Source: an uncultured Prolixibacteraceae bacterium (GTDB lineage Bacteria > Bacteroidota > Bacteroidia > Bacteroidales > Prolixibacteraceae). Taken from it: a stretch of 47,651 nucleotides of DNA. A model generated the notes under the pieces. That model was not told the DNA's origin. It did no database searches and was given only the letters and a program-made list of their open reading frames with translations. The position numbers were made by a program, and so were the translations under genes. This document shows positions 36,300-47,651 of this stretch, piece by piece (positions within the stretch are counted from its first letter, which is position 1; each line of letters begins with the position of its first letter). Location of the stretch: contig CAYMXK010000001.1 in the NCBI GenBank assembly GCA_964393915.1, positions 1 through 47,651 on the forward strand, given 5' to 3'.

Positions 36300-39104
36300 A
36301 TGTCAGAAAATAATATATCCCCTAATATTGAAATCAAGGGAGCCAGAGTTCATAACTTAAAGAATATCAATATCTTAATCCCCAGAAACCAATTTATTGT
36401 TGTCACCGGGGTTTCAGGTTCAGGGAAGTCATCGCTGGCCTTCGACACTCTGTTTGCCGAAGGGCAACGCCGGTATGTAGAGAGTTTATCGGCGTACGCC
36501 CGCCAATTTCTGGGACGGATCGACAAACCGGATGTTGACTATATCAAGGGAATTCCTCCGGCAATCGCCATCGAACAGAAGGTAAACACCCGCAATCCCC
36601 GGTCAACTGTGGGCACCTCCACCGAAATTTACGATTACCTGAAACTTCTCTATGCCAGGGTAGGAAGAACAATTTCTCCCATCACAGGTATTGAGGTTTC
36701 AAGAAATACAGTCAGTGATGTGGTCGACTATATGCTTTCCTTCGAAACAGGCACCAGGATATTGATTGCTGCCCCACTTCATCCCAAAAACGGAAGAACA
36801 CTGCTGCAGGAGGCGGAATTATTGCTCCAGCAGGGTTTTACACGACTCGAAACCGGAAATGAAATATTCCGCATCGATCAGTTGCTTTCAGAAAAGAACA
36901 CCGGCTTTTGCAAGGGGGAGTGCAATGTGGTGATCGACAGGGTGCAGGCAGCCAACGACGAGGACACCATGAACCGAATGGCCGATTCAGTCCAAACTGC
37001 CTTTTTTGAAGGTGGAGGCGAATGCACAATTAAGGTCTATACCACTCCGGAAGTAACTGTTAAAAGCTACTCCAGCAGATTCGAAGCCGATGGCATTGAG
37101 TTTGAAGAACCATCGGTGCACATGTTCAGCTTTAATAACCCGGTAGGCGCATGCCCGCTTTGCGAAGGCTATGGCAAGGTAATCGGTATCGACGAAGACC
37201 TTGTCGTGCCCAATAAGTCGCTCTCCGTATACCAGGATGCCATTATGTGCTGGAAAGGCGAAAAAATGAAGGAGTGGCGGGACAGGTTGGTATATGCAGC
37301 AGCTAAGTTTAACTTTCCAGTTCATAAGCCTTACTATGAACTAACTGAAGAACAGAGACAACTGCTGTGGACCGGCAACAGCCATTTCAGGGGTTTGAAC
37401 GAATTCTTCAGGCATCTTGAAGAGCAAACATACAAAATTCAATACCGAGTGATGCTTTCCCGCTACAGGGGAAAAACAATTTGTCCCGATTGCAGGGGAA
37501 GCCGGTTAAAAAAGGAGGCCGGCTATGTCAAAGTTGGTGGAAAATCGATTCAGGACATAGTTTTAATGCCAATTTCCACGCTGCAACTATTCTTTGATGG
37601 GCTTAACCTGCCTGAACATGATGAAAAAATAGCCCGAAGGTTGCTGATTGAGATACGCAACCGGATAACCTTTCTTTGTGACGTAGGTCTGGGATATCTG
37701 ACCATAAACCGTTTGTCCTCAACCCTTTCGGGTGGGGAATCGCAGCGCATTAATCTGGCTACTTCACTGGGCAGCAGCCTGGTTGGCTCCCTTTATATCC
37801 TCGATGAACCCAGCATTGGCCTGCACAGCCGCGATACAAACAGGTTAATTGGTGTGCTTCAGAAGTTGAAAAAGCTGGGAAACACGGTCCTTGTGGTCGA
37901 ACACGATGAAGAAATCATGCGGGCGGCCAACCACATTATCGATATGGGCCCTCTTGCCGGCCGTCTCGGCGGAGAGGTTGTTTTCCAGGGAAATCACGAC
38001 GAACTGGTAAACAGTACAGGAAGTCTTACTGCAGATTACCTAACGGGCAGGGAGAAAATTACGTTGCCCGCTTACCGCAGGAAGTGGAGCAATTTTCTTG
38101 AAATTGTGGGTGCCAGGGAAAACAACCTGAAAAACCTGAGGGTAAAATTCCCACTGAATACCATAACGGTGGTTACAGGTGTCAGCGGATCGGGAAAATC
38201 CTCGCTGGTCTCAAAAATCCTGTATCCTGCCCTTACAAAAATACTGGGGGGATATGGAGAACGCACCGGACATCATGATGCAGTTCTGGGAGACACGCAT
38301 TTAATCACTGCCATTGAATACGTTGACCAGAATCCCATCGGAAAAAGTTCAAGGTCCAACCCTGTAACCTACCTGAAAGCTTATGATGAAATAAGAAAAC
38401 TTTTTGCCGATCAGCAGGCTGCCAAATACCAGGGACTTAATCCTTCACATTTTTCATTTAACGTGGATGGAGGCCGTTGTGAAGAGTGCCAGGGTGAAGG
38501 AAGCATCAAAGTGGAAATGCAGTTCCTGGCAGATGTTTACCTGGTCTGTGAAAGCTGCAGTGGCAAACGTTTCAAGGAAGAAGTGCTCGATGTAAAATAC
38601 AACGGCCATGCCATTGATGATATCCTCAACCAGACAGTGAACCAGGCTATTGAGTTATTTAGTAATGGAAAGACCTCCACTGAAAGGAAAATCGTAAAAA
38701 AACTCCAGCCCCTGCAGGATGTCGGACTTGGTTACGTGAAACTTGGCCAATCATCAAGTACCCTGTCGGGAGGAGAAAGCCAGCGCGTGAAACTCGCTTC
38801 CTTCCTTGTAAAGGAAAAAGATTCCCCTACCCTATTTATATTTGATGAGCCTACCACCGGACTTCATTTTCATGATATCCGAAAATTGCTCGATTCTTTC
38901 CATGCCTTGATGGAGCGCGGGCATTCCATTATCATCATCGAACATAACCTGGATATTATTAAATCTGCTGACTGGATCATCGATCTCGGCCCCGACGGGG
39001 GCGACAAGGGAGGGTTTATCGTCTTCGAAGGAACTCCTGAAGAACTCGTGATAACAGAAAACTCCTGGACGGGACAGGCTCTCAGAGAAAAGTTAAATGC
39101 TTAA
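36300..39104 (+). CDS. uvrA: Excinuclease ABC subunit A
   Basis: Two ABC ATPase modules ([21 protein letters not shown]), [11 protein letters not shown] and zinc-finger CxxC pairs. Confidence 0.97.
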   Translation: MSENNISPNIEIKGARVHNLKNINILIPRNQFIVVTGVSGSGKSSLAFDTLFAEGQRRYVESLSAYARQFLGRIDKPDVDYIKGIPPAIAIEQKVNTRNPRSTVGTSTEIYDYLKLLYARVGRTISPITGIEVSRNTVSDVVDYMLSFETGTRILIAAPLHPKNGRTLLQEAELLLQQGFTRLETGNEIFRIDQLLSEKNTGFCKGECNVVIDRVQAANDEDTMNRMADSVQTAFFEGGGECTIKVYTTPEVTVKSYSSRFEADGIEFEEPSVHMFSFNNPVGACPLCEGYGKVIGIDEDLVVPNKSLSVYQDAIMCWKGEKMKEWRDRLVYAAAKFNFPVHKPYYELTEEQRQLLWTGNSHFRGLNEFFRHLEEQTYKIQYRVMLSRYRGKTICPDCRGSRLKKEAGYVKVGGKSIQDIVLMPISTLQLFFDGLNLPEHDEKIARRLLIEIRNRITFLCDVGLGYLTINRLSSTLSGGESQRINLATSLGSSLVGSLYILDEPSIGLHSRDTNRLIGVLQKLKKLGNTVLVVEHDEEIMRAANHIIDMGPLAGRLGGEVVFQGNHDELVNSTGSLTADYLTGREKITLPAYRRKWSNFLEIVGARENNLKNLRVKFPLNTITVVTGVSGSGKSSLVSKILYPALTKILGGYGERTGHHDAVLGDTHLITAIEYVDQNPIGKSSRSNPVTYLKAYDEIRKLFADQQAAKYQGLNPSHFSFNVDGGRCEECQGEGSIKVEMQFLADVYLVCESCSGKRFKEEVLDVKYNGHAIDDILNQTVNQAIELFSNGKTSTERKIVKKLQPLQDVGLGYVKLGQSSSTLSGGESQRVKLASFLVKEKDSPTLFIFDEPTTGLHFHDIRKLLDSFHALMERGHSIIIIEHNLDIIKSADWIIDLGPDGGDKGGFIVFEGTPEELVITENSWTGQALREKLNA

Positions 39105-40138
39105 CGCATATGATTCCATCCCTGGGCCATAAGGGGAATTAAAGAACCACCGGCAGTAACCAACATGGCTCCCTCCTCATACGCAGTCATGTGCCCTATT
39201 ACTGTAATATCAGGATCATTGACAATCTTTTCATAGTCCGACAACGGAACGGTAAAGAGCAATTCGTAGTCTTCGCCCCCGTTAAGCGCCGCCACCAGAG
39301 GATTGATGTTAAACTCCAGGGCCATCGCCTTTGTCTGTTCATCATAAGGAATTTTCTCTTCAAACAGGTGACAGCCGGTACCAGAGTTTTTACACAGATG
39401 CAATATTTCAGACGACAAACCATCGGAAATATCAATCATGGATGTAGGCCTGATCTCCATTTTCCGGAAAGCCTCAACCATGTCCTTTCGGGCTTCGGGC
39501 ATCAGCTGGCGCTGCAGTATATAATCATATCCTTCAAGATGCGGCTTGGTATTGGAGTTTACCTTAAACACCTCATTTTCCCGTTCCAACAGCTGCAAGC
39601 CCATGTATGCACCACCAAGATCGCCGGTAACACAAAGCAAATCATTGACACGCGCTCCTGATCTGTACACCATATCCTCCAGTCGGCCCGATCCGATGGC
39701 AGTTATGCTGATAGTCAACCCGGTAAGCGATGATGTGGTGTCTCCACCTACAAGATCTACGCCATAGTTCCTGCAGGCTGAATGAATTCCCTCATAAATC
39801 TGTTCAACCGCCTCGAGGTTAAAACGTCTGGAAAGAGCTATGCTGACCGTGATCTGCTTCGGAGTGGCGTTCATTGCATATACATCGCTGAGGTTCACCA
39901 CCACTGCCTTGTATCCAAGATGTTTCAAAGGAACATACATCAGATTGAAATGCACACCTTCAGTCAGAAGATCGGTAGTCACAACCACTGCCTCATTTCC
40001 AAATTCCAGTATGGCAGCATCGTCGCCTACTCCCTTCACACTGCTGCTGTTTTGCAACTCTATATTTTTGGTAAGATGATTAATCAGGCCAAATTCGCCT
40101 ATTGTTTCTATGCTCAAATTTCGTCTGGTCTCTTCCAT
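39101..40138 (-). CDS. thiL: Thiamine-monophosphate kinase
   Basis: Motifs GEFGLI, GVGDDAA, EGVHF, NLSDVYAM, GGDT, IDISDGL and GGEDYELLFT. Confidence 0.96.
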   Translation of the reverse strand: MEETRRNLSIETIGEFGLINHLTKNIELQNSSSVKGVGDDAAILEFGNEAVVVTTDLLTEGVHFNLMYVPLKHLGYKAVVVNLSDVYAMNATPKQITVSIALSRRFNLEAVEQIYEGIHSACRNYGVDLVGGDTTSSLTGLTISITAIGSGRLEDMVYRSGARVNDLLCVTGDLGGAYMGLQLLERENEVFKVNSNTKPHLEGYDYILQRQLMPEARKDMVEAFRKMEIRPTSMIDISDGLSSEILHLCKNSGTGCHLFEEKIPYDEQTKAMALEFNINPLVAALNGGEDYELLFTVPLSDYEKIVNDPDITVIGHMTAYEEGAMLVTAGGSLIPLMAQGWNHMR

Positions 40139-40181
40139 GTTAAATTAGGATAAAAAGGTATTTAATGAATACGGTTCAAGG

Positions 40182-40209
40182 CAAAAGTATCCTTAATTTT
40201 GTATCTTTG
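40182..40209. promoter_or_regulatory. Back-to-back -7 promoter elements for thiL and suf
   Basis: Minus-strand TACTTTTG (40182-40189) and plus-strand TATCTTTG (40202-40209). Confidence 0.65.
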
Positions 40210-40355
40210 CAAACCATATGTTTCAATGGATGTTCTAATGATATCCGGCAAAGCATGGATAAACTATTTTTGATTAAATAGTTTTAGAATCTCCGGGGGT
40301 CATGCCCAACATTTAAGGTTCACCCGGATAACTTTAACAATTAACAGGTATTATA

Positions 40356-41801
40356 ATGGAAGAACAAGATAAATTATTACAGGAAGTAACCCAACGCGAA
40401 TACCAGTATGGGTTCTTCTCCGATATTGAGACAGACATCATCGACATAGGATTGAGCGAGGATGTTGTCCGCATGATATCACTAAAAAAAAATGAACCTG
40501 AATTCATGCTCGAGTTCAGGCTGAATGCATATCGGAAGTGGCTGAAAATGGAGATGCCCGACTGGGCTTACCTCAAAATTCCACCGATCGATTTTCAATC
40601 CATCAGCTACTATGCAGCGCCTAAAAAGAAACCACAGTACGAAAGTCTCAACGAAGTTGACCCTGAATTACTGGAGACTTTCAATAAGCTGGGTATTCCC
40701 CTGGAGGAGCAGAAGCACCTTGCAGGAGTTGCTGTAGACGCGGTAATCGACAGTGTTTCAGTGAAGACCACATTCAGGGAAACCCTGGCAGAAAAGGGCA
40801 TTATTTTTTGCTCGTTCAGTGATGCGCTGCAGGAACATCCCGACCTGGTCCGCAAGTACATCGGGAATGCAGTTCCCATTGGCGACAATTATTTCGCAGC
40901 ACTCAATTCGGCCGTGTTCAGCGACGGATCGTTTTGCTACATCCCGAAAGGGGTGCGCTGCCCGATGGAACTTTCCACCTATTTCAGAATAAATTCCGCC
41001 AATACCGGTCAGTTTGAACGCACGCTCATCATTGCCGACGACAACAGCTATGTCAGCTATCTTGAAGGATGTACGGCACCGATGCGCGACGAGAATCAGC
41101 TTCATGCAGCAGTTGTGGAAATTATTGCCCTTGATGGGGCTGAGGTAAAATACAGTACCGTTCAGAACTGGTATCCCGGCGATAAAAATGGCGTAGGGGG
41201 AATCTATAACTTTGTAACCAAACGAGGGATTTGCCGGGGCGAAGCTTCAAAAATCAGCTGGACACAGGTTGAAACCGGTTCGGCCATAACCTGGAAATAC
41301 CCGAGCTGCATCTTGTTGGGCAACAATTCTGTAGGTGAGTTTTATTCCGTGGCACTTACCAACCATCACCAGCAGGCCGACACAGGCACCAAGATGATTC
41401 ATATCGGAAAGAATACCAGGAGCGTAATTGTATCTAAAGGGATATCAGCCGGGGTAAGCGATAACTCCTACCGTGGATTGGTAAAAGTGATGCCCGGGGC
41501 CATAAATTCAAGAAACTTTTCGCAGTGCGACTCCCTTCTGATGGGTGACCGGTGCGGCGCCCATACCTTCCCTTACATTGAGGTAGGGAACAAATCTTCA
41601 ATAGTGGAGCACGAGGCTACTACATCAAAAATTGGTGAAGACCAGATTTTCTACTGCAACCAGCGGGGTATTTCCACAGAAGATGCCATTGGTATGATCG
41701 TAAACGGGTATACCCGCGAAGTATTAAACAAACTTCCAATGGAATTTGCCGTAGAAGCACAAAAACTACTGGCCATCAGCCTGGAGGGAAGTGTCGGATA
41801 A
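40356..41801 (+). CDS. sufB: Fe-S cluster assembly protein SufB
   Basis: Motifs [48 protein letters not shown] and LPMEFAVEA. Confidence 0.97.
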   Translation: MEEQDKLLQEVTQREYQYGFFSDIETDIIDIGLSEDVVRMISLKKNEPEFMLEFRLNAYRKWLKMEMPDWAYLKIPPIDFQSISYYAAPKKKPQYESLNEVDPELLETFNKLGIPLEEQKHLAGVAVDAVIDSVSVKTTFRETLAEKGIIFCSFSDALQEHPDLVRKYIGNAVPIGDNYFAALNSAVFSDGSFCYIPKGVRCPMELSTYFRINSANTGQFERTLIIADDNSYVSYLEGCTAPMRDENQLHAAVVEIIALDGAEVKYSTVQNWYPGDKNGVGGIYNFVTKRGICRGEASKISWTQVETGSAITWKYPSCILLGNNSVGEFYSVALTNHHQQADTGTKMIHIGKNTRSVIVSKGISAGVSDNSYRGLVKVMPGAINSRNFSQCDSLLMGDRCGAHTFPYIEVGNKSSIVEHEATTSKIGEDQIFYCNQRGISTEDAIGMIVNGYTREVLNKLPMEFAVEAQKLLAISLEGSVG

Positions 41802-41903
41802 ACAGAAAATCCAATGCCGGCTGCCGGTGCATCCAATTTTTTGTATGTCCTCCGGCTTAGGCAAGAGAGTATCAAAATAACGTAACAACAGAATAACAAC
41901 ATT

Positions 41904-42662
41904 ATGCTATCAATAAAAAATCTTTGTGTTTCCATCGAAGGAAAAGAAATTTTAAACGGGATCAACCTGGAAATAAAACCGGGCGAGATACATGCCATTA
42001 TGGGACCCAACGGGTCAGGGAAAAGTACCCTGGCCAATGTCTTGGCTGGAAAAGACGAATATGAAATCACTGCCGGTGAAATTTATTATGAAGGAGAGGA
42101 TTTGCTGGAAATGGCACCTGAGGACCGTGCCCGCAAGGGAATTTTCCTTAGTTTTCAGTATCCGGTGGAAATTCCGGGAGTACCCATGGTTAACTTCCTG
42201 AAAACGGCATTGAACGAACACCGCAAGTTCAAAGGTGAAAAACCCCTGACTGCAGGGGAATTCCTCAAAGTGATGCGCGAAAAAAAGGCCATGGTCGAAT
42301 TGGACACAGAACTTACCAACCGCTCTGTGAACGAAGGGTTCTCAGGTGGTGAAAAGAAAAAGAACGAAATCTTCCAGATGGCATTGCTGGAACCCAAACT
42401 TTCCATCCTTGATGAAACGGATTCAGGGCTCGACATCGATGCTTTAAAAATTGTCGCCCACGGCGTGAATGCCCTGAGAACCCCTGAAAATGCAACCATT
42501 CTGGTAACCCATTACCAGCGCTTGCTTGATCACATCATACCAGACCACGTTCATGTATTGTACAAAGGCCGGATCGTAAAATCGGCCGGAAAAGAACTGG
42601 CGTTGCTCCTTGAAGAGAAAGGCTATGAATGGATTAAAAAAGAAAACGGAGATCAGCTATGA
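41904..42662 (+). CDS. sufC: Fe-S cluster assembly ATPase SufC
   Basis: Motifs MGPNGSGKST, FQYPVEIPGV, NEGFSGGEKK, LDETDSGLDID and THYQRLL. Confidence 0.97.
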   Translation: MLSIKNLCVSIEGKEILNGINLEIKPGEIHAIMGPNGSGKSTLANVLAGKDEYEITAGEIYYEGEDLLEMAPEDRARKGIFLSFQYPVEIPGVPMVNFLKTALNEHRKFKGEKPLTAGEFLKVMREKKAMVELDTELTNRSVNEGFSGGEKKKNEIFQMALLEPKLSILDETDSGLDIDALKIVAHGVNALRTPENATILVTHYQRLLDHIIPDHVHVLYKGRIVKSAGKELALLLEEKGYEWIKKENGDQL

Positions 42663-44026
42663 GTGTAATAACAGAAAATAATGATCTTTCACTGCGGCTG
42701 GCAGGCCATTTCCGTGAGACGGAAGACATCTTGCTCAAAGGCAGTCCGGAAGCATTGAATGAACCCAGGAAAAAGGCCTTCCGTGATTTTGTAGCGCAGG
42801 GGATACCGACAAGAAAAACGGAGAACTACAAGTATACCAACCTCCAGCCGGTATTCTCGCGTGAGTATCAGTTTGTGCACCAGAGGCAGGTTGAAGGTTT
42901 TCATATTGAAGAAATGTTCAAATGCGACGTTCCGCAACTTGATACCCATCTGGTAACCATCTTAAACGGCTGGTTTTATCCTGAAGTAAGCCCGGAAGGT
43001 ATTTTACCCATGGGGGTTACACTCCAAAGCCTTGAAGAAGCTGCCGCCGGCAATTCCGGATTGTTCAGCAAATATTACGGAACATTGGCCGACACAGCCG
43101 CAGATCCGATGGTTGCCCTGAACACCGCTTTTGCCCGTGACGGATATTTTCTTCATGTGCCGAAAAACACCCGGATAGATAAACCCATACAGATTATTAA
43201 TCTTCTGCAATCCTCAGGAGACACCTATGTTACCCAGCGTAACATGGTAATCGTGGAACCCGGCGCTGAGGTAACCCTGATTTTATGTGACCACACCCTT
43301 AACCTGCACAACTACCTCAGCAACTCAACCACCGAGATTTTTGTCGGGGAGAATGCAGTAGTCAATTACTATACTGTTCAAAATCAACACAATAATTCGG
43401 CCTCTGTAAACTCTGTTTTTGTTCACCAGCAACAGAATTCCCAGGCCAATACCAATACCATCACCCTGCATGGCGGACTTATCCGCAATAACCTGAAGGT
43501 CATCCTTGACGGAGAAAACGGAGAAGCCAACGTTTATGGTATGGCATTTCTCGACCGCAAGCAACATGTCGACAATTTTACACAACTTGTGCATGCCATG
43601 CCGCATTGTCAGAGTAATCAGCTGTATAAGAATGTTCTTGACGACGAATCCACCGGGGCATTTTCAGGCAGGATAAATGTGCGTCGGGACGCTCAAAAGA
43701 CAAACGCATTCCAGCGCAACAACAACCTTCTGCTCTCCGATAAGGCACAAATGCAAACCAAGCCACAGCTCATTATCGAGGCCGATGATGTGAAATGCAG
43801 CCATGGGGCAACCATTGGGCAGATCGACGAGGAGGCGCTGTTTTATCTCAGAAGTCGAGGTATTGAGGAAAAACAAGCCCGCCTGATGATGATGAATGCC
43901 TTCTCCTACGAAGTAGTGCAAAACCTAAAGGTAGAACCATTGCGCGACCGTATCAACGAACTGATCGATAAGCGATTGAGGGGTGATGTGAGCCGTTGCC
44001 ACGATTGTGCTTACCATTGTGAATGA
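42659..44026 (+). CDS. sufD: Fe-S cluster assembly protein SufD
   Basis: Motifs ENYKYT, ALNTAF, AQKTNAFQ, DDVKCSHGATIGQ and FYLRSRGI. Confidence 0.95.
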   Translation: MSVITENNDLSLRLAGHFRETEDILLKGSPEALNEPRKKAFRDFVAQGIPTRKTENYKYTNLQPVFSREYQFVHQRQVEGFHIEEMFKCDVPQLDTHLVTILNGWFYPEVSPEGILPMGVTLQSLEEAAAGNSGLFSKYYGTLADTAADPMVALNTAFARDGYFLHVPKNTRIDKPIQIINLLQSSGDTYVTQRNMVIVEPGAEVTLILCDHTLNLHNYLSNSTTEIFVGENAVVNYYTVQNQHNNSASVNSVFVHQQQNSQANTNTITLHGGLIRNNLKVILDGENGEANVYGMAFLDRKQHVDNFTQLVHAMPHCQSNQLYKNVLDDESTGAFSGRINVRRDAQKTNAFQRNNNLLLSDKAQMQTKPQLIIEADDVKCSHGATIGQIDEEALFYLRSRGIEEKQARLMMMNAFSYEVVQNLKVEPLRDRINELIDKRLRGDVSRCHDCAYHCE

Positions 44027-44036
44027 TGAGATCTTC

Positions 44037-45263
44037 ATGTCCATGCCAATCGATATAAATGAAATACGCAATCAATTCCCGATCCTTAAACAGAAGATTT
44101 ATGGGAAACCCCTGATATATCTTGACAGCGCAGCTTCCACGCAGAAGGTGGTTGACGTGATGCTGGCAGAGCGCAGGCTAACTATCGATTACTACGGGAA
44201 TATCCACAGGGCGGCTCACTTTATGGCCGACAAGGCTACTGCCGATTTTGAGGCCGTGAGGTTACAGGTTGCCGATTTTATTGGCGCCAGTCAAAAAGAA
44301 GAGATAATTTTTACCAAAGGCTCCACAGAAAGCATAAATCTCGTTGCCTTCTCTTTTGGAGAAGCTTTTATTCAGCCCGGCGACGAAATTATCGTGTCGG
44401 AAATGGAACACCATTCCAATATTGTTCCATGGCAACTTCTTGCGCAACGCAAAGGGGCCAAAGTAGTGAAACTGCCTTTCGACGATAATGGGGAGCTCAG
44501 AACAGATCTTCTCCCCGGCCTGATCAATGACCGTACCCGGCTGATTGCAGTGGCGCATGTATCCAATGTGCTTGGAACCATTAATCCAATTAAAAAAATA
44601 GCTGAAATTGCCCATTCCAGGGGTGTAAAATTATTGGTCGACGGAGCACAGGCAGCACAGCACATTCCCGTTAATGTCAGGGACCTGGATGCAGATTTTT
44701 ATACCTTCTCCTCACACAAAATCTATGGCCCCAACGGGGTAGGCATACTCTATGGCAAAAAAGAGCTGCTCGAGGCGATGCCACCCTACCAGGGCGGTGG
44801 AGAAATGATTTCGGAGGTTAGTTTCAATGGAACTACTTTCAATGAAATACCATACAAGTTTGAAGCAGGTACCCCACACATCACAGGAGTGGTTGGACTG
44901 GGTGCTGCACTCAGTTTTATTTCAGGCATAGGAATAAATGAAATTGCCGCGCACGAAAAGGAGTTACTGAATTACGCCACGGCTAAACTTCTGCAGATGG
45001 AAGGCCTGCGTATATTCGGAAACAGTCCGGAAAAGTCAGGGGTAATCGCCTTCAATATTGAAGGTATTCATCCTTATGACATCGGGATGTTGCTCGATAA
45101 AATGGGGATAGCTGTCCGCACAGGTCACCACTGCGCCGATCCTGTTATGGAACATTATCAGATTCCGGGAACCGTCCGGATCAGTTTTGGCATCTACAAT
45201 ACCATAGAGGAGATTGACCGATTTATTGAGGCGCTTGAAAAAGTGAAGGGAATGCTGTCCTGA
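44037..45263 (+). CDS. sufS: Cysteine desulfurase SufS
   Basis: Motifs YLDSAAS, EHHSNIVPW, DGAQ, SSHKIYGP (PLP lysine), FEAGTP and RTGHHCA. Confidence 0.95.
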   Translation: MSMPIDINEIRNQFPILKQKIYGKPLIYLDSAASTQKVVDVMLAERRLTIDYYGNIHRAAHFMADKATADFEAVRLQVADFIGASQKEEIIFTKGSTESINLVAFSFGEAFIQPGDEIIVSEMEHHSNIVPWQLLAQRKGAKVVKLPFDDNGELRTDLLPGLINDRTRLIAVAHVSNVLGTINPIKKIAEIAHSRGVKLLVDGAQAAQHIPVNVRDLDADFYTFSSHKIYGPNGVGILYGKKELLEAMPPYQGGGEMISEVSFNGTTFNEIPYKFEAGTPHITGVVGLGAALSFISGIGINEIAAHEKELLNYATAKLLQMEGLRIFGNSPEKSGVIAFNIEGIHPYDIGMLLDKMGIAVRTGHHCADPVMEHYQIPGTVRISFGIYNTIEEIDRFIEALEKVKGMLS

Positions 45264-45350
45264 AGAAAGAGTGTCTGCCGGCAATCAATTTCAAAAGGGG
45301 AAGTCCGGCCTGTTGCCGGGGGAAATTAAGGTAATGACTCAACACCCAAT

Positions 45351-46322
45351 ATGAAAAAATTTATCGCCGATTGGTTTATTGCCGGCTTGCTGATGATGAT
45401 CCTTGCTGCCTGGCTCTTGCCGGGTGTTGGCATGGGAACACATACTGTAAACCTGGGTCTTATAATTGACATTGGGGTTGTTCTGATATTTTTCTTTTAC
45501 GGACTAAAGCTGGATCCTGAAAAACTAAGACAGGGCATGAGCAACTGGAAGATGCACCTGGCTATTCAGTCAACTACTTTCCTATTCTTCCCGCTGCTTA
45601 TAATTCCTTTTTATCCTTTATTTAAAGGCACCAGCCTCGAAATATTCTGGATGGGAATGCTATTCCTGGCAGCACTGCCGTCGACCGTTTCCTCTTCTGT
45701 GGTTATGGTTTCCATTGCCGGAGGTAACATCCCGGGAGCAATTTTCAACGCAAGCATTTCCGGGATAATCGGTATCGTAATGACCCCCTTCTGGATGGGG
45801 CTTTTTCTGGCGACAAGCGCTGCCGGTTTCGATTTTTCCAATGTAATACTCCAGCTGGTTATGCAGATAATCGTGCCGGTAGTTGCCGGGTTATGGCTTC
45901 ACCGTTTTTTTGTGAGATGGGTGAACCGCCACAGCAGGAAGCTGGCAGCGTTCGACAAAACCATTATCCTGCTGATTGTGTATGAATCGTTTAGCCATTC
46001 TTTTATGGCAGGACTATTTTCATCGGTAAGTGTGTGGGTGTTGACAGTATTATTCGCCATTGTGATCGTGCTCTATTTTGTAGTGATGAATTTTACGGGA
46101 TTCATAGCCAACTGGATGAAATTTTCATATCAGGACAGGGTAACCCTTCAGTTTGCCGGGTCAAAAAAATCGTTGGTTCATGGATCTGTTTTTGCAAGTG
46201 TCTTATTTACAGGTATCAGTGGTGCAGGAGTTTATCTTCTACCTGTTATGATCTATCACGCCTTTCAGTTGTTTTATATCAGTCTTGTGGCAAGAAGAAT
46301 GGCCATAAAGTCTACTCACTGA
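45351..46322 (+). CDS. Bile acid:sodium symporter family (SBF-like) transporter
   Basis: About 10 TM segments with IFFFYGLKL, LPSTVSSSVVMVSIAGGN, SKKSLVHG and P.MIYH..QL. Confidence 0.88.
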   Translation: MKKFIADWFIAGLLMMILAAWLLPGVGMGTHTVNLGLIIDIGVVLIFFFYGLKLDPEKLRQGMSNWKMHLAIQSTTFLFFPLLIIPFYPLFKGTSLEIFWMGMLFLAALPSTVSSSVVMVSIAGGNIPGAIFNASISGIIGIVMTPFWMGLFLATSAAGFDFSNVILQLVMQIIVPVVAGLWLHRFFVRWVNRHSRKLAAFDKTIILLIVYESFSHSFMAGLFSSVSVWVLTVLFAIVIVLYFVVMNFTGFIANWMKFSYQDRVTLQFAGSKKSLVHGSVFASVLFTGISGAGVYLLPVMIYHAFQLFYISLVARRMAIKSTH

Positions 46323-47562
46323 TATCATTTACCAATTCAAGGATTTGTTTCCAGACATCTTCGCACTGACTAAGTTCAAACAGCTTATTGTACTGCAGGC
46401 TCCGGCCCTGTTTAAAGGTGGCATAAGGAGCAATGTCCACCCCCCATTCAATGGTAATAAGCTGAATATCGGTATTTGGGCGGGAGTTATCAATTATCAG
46501 GGGATTTATCCGGGCAACAGGATGGGAACCAGGGTAACCGGGGGGAGTTAAACCCGATGTATTCATTTGCTCCGATTCAGACCAGTGCGCCTGTGAACGC
46601 CGTTCAGACGGGCTCATGGCATTTAGTTCAGCACGCAGCTTCCTTACAGCTTCACGCCAGACATTTACCTGCATATTGACAAACTGAGCCTGGGTAATCG
46701 ATAAAGAGGTGTCAGATTGTGCTTCGGAGAGTCTTCTCTCCGCTTCCTCAAAATTATCCTTTAATTTACGTGCCAGCAGAGGATCAAAACGGAACATGCT
46801 GGCATAAGCCTTATCGAATTCCGAATTGCGTTCCGCCCGCTCCTCTTCAGATAATGACAGAAGCTTATCCTTTGCCTTCGGGAGCGATGCCAGCTGCTCA
46901 TCTTCAGAAATGATTGCAGCAAAGTGCCCGATCAGGGTCATAATAAAATCCTCACGCATAACCGGCACATAAAGAGGCACTTCACTATTACTTACAACTG
47001 TTATTTCCCGGCTTCCGCTGTAAAGTTTGTATACCGGGTGACCATAAAAATCAGAGATTTTCCGGGGCTGCAACCAAATGTCATCCATTACATGGATGGC
47101 AGCCAGTTGTGTGGGATCATTAAAAATCAGTGTCACCGATGCATCGGTTTTTTTATCGTAACAGGGCCGTTCATTGCAGACCATGGTAACAAATAATTCC
47201 AACCTTAACGAACCACTGAGTGATTCGTTATTATGAAACTCAACAGGCGGCAGTGTATTGGACTGAACCGACAGCTTAAATCCCTGCGGCGGATGGAAAA
47301 GTTCGCAGGCTTTCATTACAGCTGATGCTTTCACAAGATTCTCCCTCATTGCACCAACCATTCTGAGTTGCTGACGGGTAAAATCAGGCGAAGAAAACGA
47401 ATTCTCTTCTATTGGTCCATCAATAAATGGCATAAACCGCTCTCCGCGGTAGAGTATAATCTCGTCGGAGAAGGCAGGCGTGGTCTGTGACATAACAGGA
47501 ACTGCATGCCAGCTCACCGATACAGTATAAAAGATTGCAAGTATTATACCTTTTTTACACAT
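46312..47562 (-). CDS. Hypothetical secreted protein
   Basis: Long ORF with a signal-like N-terminus (MCKKGIILAIFY...) and a central helical region. The start is uncertain (47562 versus 47574 or 47622). Confidence 0.75.
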   Translation of the reverse strand: MCKKGIILAIFYTVSVSWHAVPVMSQTTPAFSDEIILYRGERFMPFIDGPIEENSFSSPDFTRQQLRMVGAMRENLVKASAVMKACELFHPPQGFKLSVQSNTLPPVEFHNNESLSGSLRLELFVTMVCNERPCYDKKTDASVTLIFNDPTQLAAIHVMDDIWLQPRKISDFYGHPVYKLYSGSREITVVSNSEVPLYVPVMREDFIMTLIGHFAAIISEDEQLASLPKAKDKLLSLSEEERAERNSEFDKAYASMFRFDPLLARKLKDNFEEAERRLSEAQSDTSLSITQAQFVNMQVNVWREAVRKLRAELNAMSPSERRSQAHWSESEQMNTSGLTPPGYPGSHPVARINPLIIDNSRPNTDIQLITIEWGVDIAPYATFKQGRSLQYNKLFELSQCEDVWKQILELVNDISE

Positions 47563-47651
47563 TTCTACCTCCATTAATAATAAGAGACTCTGATGCCCGC
47601 AAAGTAAACACAAAGTACACAATTTTATATCAGCTATGAAAATAATTTCTG

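Noticed and set aside
1..47651. Anti-phage defence system, prophage, IS or toxin cluster
   Set aside because: No nuclease, NTPase, reverse transcriptase, transposase, integrase or phage structural motifs were recognised, apart from the housekeeping UvrA and SufC ATPases.

Overview
This is a 47.6 kb chromosomal window from a Bacteroidota bacterium, probably a Prolixibacteraceae/Marinilabiliales-like lineage (inferred from TAnnTTTG promoters, a T9SS C-terminal domain and gene content). Most of it is housekeeping or metabolic: cysH, class I fumarase, iorAB, sucAB, uvrA, thiL, sufBCDS, SRP RNA, RNase P RNA and two tRNAs. Orphan CAZymes (GH97, GH120, GH29, a beta-helix protein) and exported oxidoreductases are interspersed. 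I saw no CRISPR array, transposase, integrase or prophage. The most unusual signal is a family of modular, palindromic intergenic repeats with roughly 10-bp periodicity (CGCAA- and CACAAAG-type arms plus shared spacer modules). It occurs at four sites in shuffled order and resembles a non-autonomous mosaic element. Other candidates are: a detached hisI plus strongly divergent hisG pair; a T9SS protein with a triplicated Cys-containing 80-aa domain behind an ECF-type promoter; an unannotated Arc/RHH gene with a candidate operator over the SPFH promoter; and a small islet beside tRNA-Tyr containing a homopolymer-frameshifted ORF. All functional calls come from motif recognition by eye; no database search was run.
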